From Mayamaea pseudoterrestris (lineage: Eukaryota): a stretch of 20,000 nucleotides of DNA. The stretch lies in NCBI GenBank assembly GCA_027923505.1, contig BROI01000024.1:421194-441193 (forward strand), read 5' to 3'. Position numbers and translations under genes: made by a program. The notes under the pieces are model-generated. The model ran no database searches, was not told where the DNA came from, and worked only from the letters and a program-made list of their open reading frames with translations. Shown here piece by piece: positions 11,005 to 20,000 of this stretch (positions within the stretch are counted from its first letter, which is position 1; every line of letters begins with the position of its first letter).

Positions 11005-11888
11005 TTAGCAATCTGTGAACCAGCACGACGTCCAGCTCTTTCGCTCCGGTTCCGGAAACAGATTGACGACGGGAGCCGCTGCCGCGCGACCATTGTGACT
11101 TCCGTTTGGTTCGTGCGGCTTATGCTTGTCCGTCTTGCGGCGGCGCTGCGAAGCCGTCACGGCAGGATTCACTCGCGAGTCTTGACTCGACGGAGTGACG
11201 CTAGCTGATGATTGTTGCGGCAGGACGATGGAACCATTTGCGAGAGCCATCTTGAGCGCCTCTGTCACTTTGGAGCCGCTGTGTTGCTGCAGCATGTCGG
11301 CAGCAGCCGATGGATCGGATACGAACTGATATCCCTGGTGTTCTTGTGACAATTTGAGCTGTAGAAAATAGAGAGAAGTGAGAATAAGCAAACAATTGCA
11401 TCTGCTGCTTCCAATCAGAGTCACAATGAGCAAATACCCACCTTCAAGTGCATTCCGATGCTGCCCAGCGGAGCAACTCCAGTCGCTAGAAAGTCAGAGT
11501 CATTTATAACAAGCTTGAAGAAGAGTCGATTCTTTAATTCATTGTCGAGTTTTTTACTTGACTTGGTATGCAATGTCACTGGCTGTATTCGTTCCAAGCT
11601 CGATCGAACGTCCATGCCAGTTTCCTCGTACAGTTCCCTCGCCGCTGCTGATCTGGCCGCCCACAAGAGTTGCGCGTCACGATCATTCGCAAATTTAACA
11701 GCTGCTTTTATGAATTCTTGCTCGTCCAAATGGCCGCCGGGAGTCTGAAAGTGAGGACCCTTGGAAAGCTTGCGCGTGCAGTGCAGCAGCAGCAAACCGT
11801 GCGTTTCGTGAATGACAAAAATAAAGCCGCGATAGTCCTTGCTCTTGTAATCGACCAAAATATTATTGGTGATATTTGATGGACTCAT
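11005..11888 (-). CDS. NUDIX hydrolase; exons 11888-11442 and 11358-11005 (~266 aa)
   Basis: PGGHLDEQE...AAARELYEETG Nudix box. A phase-0 intron at 11441-11359 (GTGGGT...pyrimidine tract...TACAG) joins MHLK to LKLSQEHQGYQF. Confidence 0.82.
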
Positions 11889-12149
11889 ATTCAAATGAGT
11901 GCTTTGTATTTGGTATGCTTGTTCACAGATTCCGTTGTTCAATTGCCATGGTCGACTTCGAAAGTGAAGAAGAAAGATCGGGGCTGCTTCGCTCAGTCGA
12001 ATATAGCGATGGGGTTAGGCTGTGACGTCATATTGTTCGCCGCAGCGTCCGTTTTTTCCTTTCCTCGACCATGATGATTGATGAACGCAATTACCGCTGC
12101 GTTGCTTTGCTCGAATTCGCGCTTGTAAATTCGTGCAGCAGCTTGAATC

Positions 12150-13325
12150 ATGGCATCCGCGTACCTGCGGTCACTCTTGTCAAGGCCTCTCGCAGTGCCG
12201 ATGCTATGGTACGCGTCAATGTCCATTTTCGACAAGCAGCCATCGGCATCAAAATCGGCTCGTTGCGAGGCAGAAGTAAACAAGAATAACAATGCTTCAA
12301 CGAAAGAAACCAAGCAGCAGCAGTTGCAAGCGCGACTCATATTCCTTGGAACAGGCTCCAGTACAGGCTGTCCCAGGCCCCTATGTACCATGCTCTTTCG
12401 CGGTGCCAGTCCCAGCCATGACCCCAAAGTGAAGGATTACTTTGACTGCACCGTTTCCAATCTAGCCGTTCCATTTCATGCCAACAACCCGGCAAACAAC
12501 AAGAACTACCGCAACAATCCTTCATTGCTACTGCAAACCGAAAATGGCTGTATTACCATCATTGACGTTGGCAAAACCTTTCGGGAAGGCGCGCTGCGCT
12601 GGTTTCCGCGCTACCAGATTGGATCCATTGACTCCATTGTCTTGACGCACGAGCACATGGACGCCGCCGGAGGTTTGGATGACGTGCGGGGATTTCAACA
12701 ATATGCAATAATTAATGACAAAGAGTCGCAACAGCGGCGAACCAAGGTGGTCCCCATGCCGCTGCACCTTTCGCAACATTGCTACAATGACTTGCAGCAG
12801 CGGTTTCCCTGGCTCTTGCCGCAACCAGCGTCAACGATAGATGCTGCTGCTGCTTCTAGCGACGAAAGCAAGCCAGTCGTTCAACGACACGTGGCAACCT
12901 TCCAAGTCGAAACCTTTGAAGCGTTCCAACCATTTTTGACGAATGACGGTCAATTGGAAATAACGCCACTACCCGTCATGCACGGCGAAGACCTAATTTC
13001 CTACGGCTTTAGCTTCACCATTGGCACGTTGAACGTTGTCTACTTGAGCGACATTTCCCGCATGCTTCCTTCAACCCTCGACTACATTTTAGACAAGCCA
13101 ACGGACATTTTGATTGTGGACGCGCTGCACGAGGCGGAGTCCAACGCCGTGCACTACACGCTGCACGAGGCGCTGGCATTGGTTGCAACGATACAGCCAA
13201 AGCAAACGTACTTTGTGGGAATGAGCTGCGATAGCTTTCTGCCGCATGACGACATGAACAAAATGCTTGCTGGAAAATATGGCAACGTTGCGTTTGCGCA
13301 TGATGGCTTGGAAATATTGGCATGA
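12150..13325 (+). CDS. Metallo-beta-lactamase-fold hydrolase (PhnP-like), complete copy 2
   Basis: 391 aa: LIFLGTGSSTGCP, NKNYRNNPSLLL, IDVGKTF, THEHMDAAGGLDD, MHG, YLSD and AHDGL. Confidence 0.92.
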   Translation: MASAYLRSLLSRPLAVPMLWYASMSIFDKQPSASKSARCEAEVNKNNNASTKETKQQQLQARLIFLGTGSSTGCPRPLCTMLFRGASPSHDPKVKDYFDCTVSNLAVPFHANNPANNKNYRNNPSLLLQTENGCITIIDVGKTFREGALRWFPRYQIGSIDSIVLTHEHMDAAGGLDDVRGFQQYAIINDKESQQRRTKVVPMPLHLSQHCYNDLQQRFPWLLPQPASTIDAAAASSDESKPVVQRHVATFQVETFEAFQPFLTNDGQLEITPLPVMHGEDLISYGFSFTIGTLNVVYLSDISRMLPSTLDYILDKPTDILIVDALHEAESNAVHYTLHEALALVATIQPKQTYFVGMSCDSFLPHDDMNKMLAGKYGNVAFAHDGLEILA

Positions 13326-14357
13326 CACTAACGATAATAGAGGTTCTACTGTAGATTTAATCTTTGTACATTGTTTAGTAGAAGATCTCTTTTACATTCA
13401 CCTCATTCATTGCCGTTGCTTGGAGCGAAACTCGTCAAAATTCTGTTTCGCTCCCGTCTGAAAACTCGTTACGGCAAAGTTCACCACCGCCTGGTTAACA
13501 ACGTTGGACGCCGCCCTGATGGTTGGTTCCGGCAGTAGGCGCAGCGGCAGCGGCAAGACTCCCTTGGTTGCAAAGGCAATGGCTCCAAACACTCCCCTGC
13601 CGTTGCTGCTTGGTTTCATTTGACCAAACACTTGAATGGAAACATTGAGCGACGCGGGCGTGACGGTCAACCCCGGCAATCCCAACACTTGCACGTTTGG
13701 GTTGTAGTCGACGCTCTGCAGCGAAAAAATGGGGTCTCCCGTAACGCGGCTCACGAGCGTCTTCATTTCCACGTCCACGGTCGGAGACAGTTGAATCGTG
13801 AAAAACTGCAGCGTCATGACTTGGAGGCGAAAAATGTGGCGGTCAATTTGCGACAAGAGTTTGGGGTCCCAAATGCTGCGCGCCAAGCCGACCGTGTCGT
13901 TGAGCCAGTGGCGAATGGTGTGCCGATCGTCCCGTTCGACGAGTAACGTTTGAAGGTTGGCGGTTGCTCCAAACTCGATGTGACCAGTGGATTTATCGAG
14001 CTTGAAGTATGGTCCTTTGCGACTCAATAACTCGCGGCGGCGGTTTTCCGAAACAGGAGTCTGTCTTTGGGTTGCTTGTAGTTTTGAAAAGGAAAAGCGA
14101 TGATGATTACGTTGTATCGTCGTTTGTCGTTGCAAGTCAAAGGCGCTCGATGCTCCAAGCGTGAATAACACGCCGGCTGCAGCTGCAAGCAGCTTTGGTG
14201 CATTCATCCTCATTTTGTATCGAGTCTTTCGTGAGCCTTGGCGTTACAGTCTACTTGGAGGATGATGAGAGACGAAGTGCATGGAAAGGGAACAGCAAGG
14301 ATGTGATGGTTTGCGGAATGTTCGACGCGAACGTGAGGTGCTGACTCATGAGAACTA
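12497..14357 (+). repeat. Direct repeat, copy 2 (matches 1..1861)
   Basis: Same sequence as 1..1861, but it continues into TTCTGCCTAGGGG and the satellite flank instead of HSP70. Confidence 0.97.
13407..14213 (-). CDS. Probable plastid-targeted DUF1997-like protein, copy 2
   Basis: Translation is identical to 911..1717. Confidence 0.65.
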   Translation of the reverse strand: MRMNAPKLLAAAAGVLFTLGASSAFDLQRQTTIQRNHHRFSFSKLQATQRQTPVSENRRRELLSRKGPYFKLDKSTGHIEFGATANLQTLLVERDDRHTIRHWLNDTVGLARSIWDPKLLSQIDRHIFRLQVMTLQFFTIQLSPTVDVEMKTLVSRVTGDPIFSLQSVDYNPNVQVLGLPGLTVTPASLNVSIQVFGQMKPSSNGRGVFGAIAFATKGVLPLPLRLLPEPTIRAASNVVNQAVVNFAVTSFQTGAKQNFDEFRSKQRQ

Positions 14358-14380
14358 TTCTGCCTAGGGGGCTCGGTTTA

Positions 14381-14410
14381 TGGTTGTGGTTGTGTTTGTG
14401 TTTGTGTTTG
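14381..14410. repeat. Short hexamer microsatellite (TGKTTG)x5
   Basis: tggttg tggttg tgtttg tgtttg tgtttg. Confidence 0.7.
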
Positions 14411-14605
14411 AATAGACTACTCTTTCGATAACAGTTTGTATTGAATGTACTGAATGTAGATGTAGAAGCACAGAAGCAGTAAAACTGATTACATTGCTGC
14501 AAGTGTATGTATGTAGGAGTAAGCAACCCTCAAAGAAGTTGTGCAAAAGGCTTGCTAGGAGGTGTAGTGGCTGGCAAGATACTACATAGATTTGTTGCCA
14601 AAAAG

Positions 14606-17600
14606 CTAGAGCCATGTGCATGCCCAAATCAAGCCAGAATGGTGCTAACATCCTTATTTTGGGTGGCTACAAGATGCCTTGCCTGGCTGGTCCTTTGGTA
14701 GACTGCTATGAGCTTGGTGACAACTTGTCACCAGTCTCAGCCAGCAGCTGCCATGCCTTTCAAACGCCTATACCTAGAGCCCTGTGCATGCCCAAATCAA
14801 GCCAGAATGGTGCTAACATCCTTATTTCAGGTGCGCTACAAGATGCCTTGCCTGGCTGGTCTGATAGTAGACTGCAATGGGATTGGTGACAACTTGTCAC
14901 CAGTCTCAGCCAGCAGCTGCTATGGCTTTCAAACACCCATTCCTAGAGCCATGTGCATGCCCAAATCGAACGTGTTAACATCCTCATTTCAGGTGCGCTA
15001 CAAGATGCCTTGCCTGGCTGGTCCCATGGTAGACTGCAATGGGATTGGTGACAACTTGTCACCAGTCTCAGCCAGCAGCTGCCATGTCTTTCAAATGCCC
15101 TACTTAGAGCCATGAGAATGCCCCAATTAAATCAGAATGGTGCTGACATCCTTATTTCGGGTGCGCAACAAGATGCCTTGCTTGGCTGGTGCCTTGGTAG
15201 ACTGCAATGGGATTGGTGATAACTGGTCACCAGTCTCAGCCAGCTTCTGCCATGCCTTTTAAACACTCAGATCTAGATCCATGTGTATGCCCAAACCAAG
15301 CCAGAATGCTGCAAACATCCTTATTTTAGTTGCGCTACATGATGCATTGCCTGGATGGTCTCTTAGTAGACTGCATTGGGATTGGTGACAACTTGTCACC
15401 AGTCTCAGCCAGCAGCTGCTATGCCTTTCGAACACCCATACCTAGAGCCATGTGCATGCCCAAATCAAGCCAGAATTGTGCTAACATCCTTATTTCAGGT
15501 GCGCTACAAGATGCCTTGCCTGGCTGGTCCTTTGGTAGACTGCTATGAGCTTGGTGACAACTTGTCATCCGTCTCAGCCAGCAGCTGCCATGCCTTTCAA
15601 ACGCCTATCCCTAGAGCCATGTGTTTGCCCAAATCAAGCCAGAATGGTGCTGAGATCCTAATCTCAGGTGCGCTTTAAGATGCATTGCCTAGATGGTCTC
15701 TTGGTAGACTGCAATGGGATTGGTGACAACAAGTCACCAGTCTCAGCCAGCACCTGCCATGCCCTTCAAATGCCCAATCAAGCCAGAATGATGCAAACAT
15801 CCTTTATTTTGGGCGCGCTACAAGTTGCCTTGCCTATCTGGTCCCTTGGTAGACTGCATGGGGATTGGTGACAACTAGTCACCAGTCTCAACCAGCAGCG
15901 GCAATGCCTTTCAAACACCCATATCTAGAGCCATGTGCATGCCCAAATCAAGCCAGAATGGTGCTAGCATCCTTATGTCAGGAGCACTACAAGATGCCTT
16001 GCCTGGCTGGTCCTTTGGTAGACTGCAATGAGCTTGGTGACAACTTGTCACCAGCCTCAGCCAGCAGTTGCTATGCCTTTCGAACACCCATACCTAGAGC
16101 CATGTGCATGCCCAAATCAAGCCAGAATGGTGCTAACATCCTTATTTCAGATGCGCTACAAGATGCCTTGCCTGGCCAGTCTCTTGGTAGACTGCAATGG
16201 GATTGTGATAACTTGTCACCAGTCTCAGCCAGCAGCTGGCATGCCTTTCAAATGCCCATACCTTGAGCCATGTGCATGCTCAATTTTACCAAGAATGGTG
16301 CTTACATCTTTTTTTCAGGTGCGCTACAAGATGCCTTGCCTGGCTGCTTCCTTGGTAGAATGCCATTGGATTGGTGATAACTTGTCACCAGTCTCAGCCA
16401 GCAGCTGCTATGCCTTTCGAACACCCATACCTAGAGCCATGTGCATGCCCAAATCAAGCCAGAATGGTGCTAACATCCTTATTTCAGATGCGCTACAAGA
16501 TGCCTTAACTGGATTGTCTCTTGGTAGACTGCATGGGGATTGGTGACAACTTCTCACCAGTCTCAGCCAGCAGCTGCTATGCCTTTCGAACACCCATACC
16601 TAGAGCCATGTGCATGCCCAAATCAAACCAGAATGGTGCTAACATCCTTATTTCAGGTGCGCTACAAGATGCCTTGCCTGGCTGGTCCCATGGTAGACTG
16701 CAATGGGATTGGTGACAACTTGTCACCAGTCTCAGCCAGCAGCTGCTATGCCTTTCGAACACCCATACCTAGAGCCATGTGCATGCCCAAATCAAGCCAG
16801 AATGGTGCTAACATCCTCATTTTGGGTGCGCAACAAGATGCCTTGCTTGGCTGGTCCCTTGGTAGACTGCAATGGGATTGGTAATAACTTGTCACCAGTC
16901 TCAGCCAGCTTCTGTCATGCCTTTCAAACACCCAGATATATGCCCAAATCAAGCCAGAATGCTGCAAACATCCTTATTTTAGTTGCGCTACAAGATGCAT
17001 TGCCTGGATGGTATCTTGGTAGACTGCATTGGAATTGGTGACAACTTGTCACCAGTCTCAGCCAGCAGCTGCTATGCCTTTCGAACACCCATACCTAGAG
17101 CCATGTGCATGCCCAAATCAAGCCAAAATGGTGCTAACATCCTTATTTTGGGTGCGCTACAAGATGCCTTGCCTGGCTGGTCCTTTGGTAGACTGCTATG
17201 AGCTTGGTGACAACTTGTCACCAGTCTCAGCCTAACACCGCGACGATTTCGCAGTCAACGTCTTACCTCCAAAAAGCTCCGATACAGGGTCCTTGGCCAC
17301 GGTCTGTACAGCTCTTGATGGAGATGGCTCGTCCGATCAATAATGACGTTGCGCACTTTCTTCATTCACATGTCACATACGACAGCTGCGGACTCGACAC
17401 AAGCTAATTAGGGTTCGGGCTCTTGACTTCGCCGCTCTGCGACTTGTCACAGCCAGCAGCTGCCATGCCTTTCAAACGCCTATACCTAGAGCCATGTGCA
17501 TGCCCAAATCAAGCCAGAATGGTGCTAACATCCTTATTTCAGGTGCGCTACAAGATGCCTTGCCTGGCTGGTCCTTTGGTAGACTGCAATGAGCTTAGTG

Positions 17601-19633
17601 ACAACTTGTCACCAGTCTCAGCCAGCAGCTGCCATGCCTTTCAAACACCCAGATCTAGATCCATGTGTATGCCCAAACCAAGCCAGAATGCTGCAAACAT
17701 CCTTATTTTAGGTGCGCTACATGATGCATTGCCTGGATGGTCTCTTGGTAGACTGCATTGGGATTGGTGACAACTTGTCACCAGTCTCAGCCAGCAGCTG
17801 CTATGCCTTTCGAACACCCATACCTAGAGCTATGTGCATGCCCAAATCAAGCCAGAATGGTGCTAACATCCTTTTTTCAGGTGCGCTACAAGATGCCTTG
17901 CCTGGCCGGTCATTGTAAGACTGCAATGGAAATGGTGATAACTTGTCACCAGTCTCAGCCAGCAGTTGCCATGCCTTTCAAGAGTCCATACTTAGATCCA
18001 TGTGTATGCCCAATTCAAGCCAGAATGGTGCTATCATCCTTATTTCAGGTGCGCTACAAGATGCCTTGCCTGGCTGGTCCGAAAGTAGACTGCAATGGGA
18101 TTGGTGACAACTTGTCACCAGTCTCAGCCAGCAGCTGCTATGCCTTTCAAACACCCATTCCTAGAGCCATGTGCATGCCCAAATTGAACGTGTTAACATC
18201 CTCATTTCAGGTGCGCTACAAGATGCCTTGCCTGGCTGGTCCCATGGTAGACTGCAATGGGATTGGTGACAACTTGTCACCAGTCTCAGCCAGCAGCTGC
18301 CATGTCTTTCAAATGCCCTACTTAGAGCCATGAGAATGCCCCAATTAAATCAGAATGGTGCTAACATCCTTATTTTGGGTGCGCAACAAGATGCCTTGCT
18401 TGGCTGGTGCCTTGGTAGACTGCAATGGGATTGGTGATAACTTGTCATTAGTCTCAGCCAGCTTCTGCCATGCCTTTTAAACACCCAGATCTAGATCCAT
18501 GTGTATGCCCAAACCAAGCCAGAATGCTGCAAGCATCCTTATATTAGGTGCGCTACATGATGCATTGCCTGGATGGTCTCTTGGTAGACTGCATTGGGAT
18601 TGGTGACAACTTGTCACCAGTCTCAGCCAGCAGCTGCTATGCCATCAAACACCCATACCTAGAGCCATGTGCATGCCCAAATCAAGCCAGAATGGTGCTA
18701 ACATCCTTATTTCAGGTGCGCTACTTGCCTGGCTGGTCCTTTGGTAGACTGCTATGAGCTTGGTGACAACTTGTCATCCGTCTCAGCCAGCAGCTGCCAT
18801 GCCTTTCAAACGCCTATCCCTAGAGCCATGTATTTGCCCAAATCAAGCCAGAATGATGCTGACATCCTAATCTCAGGTGCGCTATAAGATGCATTGCCTG
18901 GATGGTCTCTTGGTAGACTGCAATGGGATTGGTGACAACAAGTCACCAGTCTCAGCCAGCACCTGCCATGCCTTTCAAGAGTCCATACTTAGATCCATGT
19001 GTATGCCCAATTCAAGACAGAATAATGCTTACATCTATATTTCAGGTGCACCACAAGATGCCATGCCTGGCTTGTCCGTCGGTAGACTGCAATGTCATTG
19101 GTGACAACAAGTCACCGGTCTCAGCCAGCAGCTGCCATGCCTTTCAAACGCCCATACCTAGAGCCGCGTGTTTGCCGAAATCAAGCCAGAATGGTGCAAA
19201 CATCCTTATTTCCGGTGCGCTACAAGACGCATTGCCTGGATGGTCTCTTGGTAGACTGCATTGGGATTGGTGACAACTTGTCATCAGTCTCAGCCAGCAG
19301 CTGCTATGCCTTTCGAACACCCATACCTAGAGCCATGTGCATGCCCAAATCAAGCCACAATGGTGCTAACATCCATTTATCAGGTGCGCTATAAGATGCA
19401 TTGCCTGGATGGTCTCTTGGTAGACTGCAATGGGATTGTGACCACTTGTCACCAGTCTTAGCCAGCCGCTGCCATGCCTTTCAAACACCCATACCTTGAG
19501 CCATGTGCATGCCCAAATCAAGCCAGAATGGTGCTAGCATCCTTATGTCAGGTGCACTACAAGATGCCTTGCCTGACTGGTCCTTTGGTAGACTGCAATG
19601 TGATTGGTGACAACAAGTCACCAGTCTCAGTCA
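14606..19633. repeat. Tandem satellite array, 169-bp monomer, ~29 copies
   Basis: The CTAGAGCC anchor recurs at 14606, 14774, 14943, 15104, 15273, 15442, 15611 and onward, with a 169-bp period and occasional deletions. Most monomers carry TGGTGACAA-C-TTGTCACCA. Confidence 0.97.
17233..17449 (-). mobile_element. 217-bp insertion with 5-bp TSD; probable internally deleted solo LTR
   Basis: CAGCC is duplicated at 17228-17232 and 17450-17454, and the satellite resumes in register. On the minus strand the insert reads TGACA...TGTTA (TG...CA-like, with a short imperfect terminal inverted repeat). It is homologous to 19634..20000. Confidence 0.75.
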
Positions 19634-20000
19634 TGACAAGTCGCAGAGCGGCGAAGTCAAGAGCCCGAACCCTAATTAGCTTGTGTCGAGTCCGCAGCTG
19701 TCGTATGTGACATGTGAATGAAGAAAGTGCGCAACCGTCGTGTGGATGCGTTGTATGAATGGAACGACCAGTTACGACTGATGTAATGTGATTGAAAGAA
19801 ACGGATTGATCGGATGATCTTCCGAGTGAGCCGATGTAGCGATGTATGGCGATAAGCTCACAATATAGAACTACTAGTTTGCGACGAGAGTGCAGTCGTA
19901 TTCGTGTAGTGGCGAGCGCAGAAGACTATTCGATGAGCCATCTCCATCACAGGCTATGTACAGACCGTGGCCAAGGACCTGTATCCGGACTTTTGGAGGT
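19634..20000 (+). mobile_element. Longer copy of the same LTR-like element, opposite orientation, running off the window
   Basis: 19634-19735 is the exact reverse complement of 17348-17449. 19935-20000 matches the reverse complement of 17265-17330 with several indels. It begins TGACAAGTC immediately after satellite sequence ...GTCTCAGTCA. Confidence 0.78.

Noticed and set aside
17408..17415. TTAGGGTT (and AACCCTAA at 19668-19675) as telomeric sequence
   Set aside because: It is a single unit inside the inserted element with no tandem telomere repeats; at most a telo-box-like motif.
14606..19633. CRISPR-like array (a palindromic repeat at regular spacing)
   Set aside because: The sequence between palindromes is itself repeated rather than unique spacers, the period is 169 bp, there are no cas genes, and the context is eukaryotic.
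14364..19710. Many Cys/Met-rich ORFs across the array as a repeat protein
   Set aside because: The 169-bp period is not a multiple of 3, so frames rotate and hit stops, and indels are not frame-preserving. These are by-products of the satellite.

Overview
Gene-dense eukaryotic DNA, most likely a diatom or related stramenopile: short GT-AG introns, a signal peptide ending in an ASAF-like plastid motif (ASSA|F), and a cytosolic HSP70 EEID tail. It abuts a satellite array. Bases 1-1861 are a near-perfect direct copy of 12497-14357 (offset 12,496), carrying a PhnP-like MBL hydrolase and a DUF1997-like plastid protein. The first copy runs directly into an orphan 3' fragment of HSP70, which fits the junction of a recent 12.5-kb tandem segmental duplication. 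The duplicated unit also holds a ~1472-aa LRR plus receiver-domain gene, Elongin C, a MAP2K-like kinase, a spastin/fidgetin-like AAA ATPase and a NUDIX hydrolase. From 14606 there are ~29 copies of a 169-bp, CpG-poor satellite with an internal palindrome and higher-order structure. The array is interrupted twice, in opposite orientations and at essentially the same monomer position, by one LTR-like element family (5-bp TSD seen for one copy) whose terminus matches the satellite palindrome. This satellite plus satellite-targeting element pair is the most interesting candidate system in the window.
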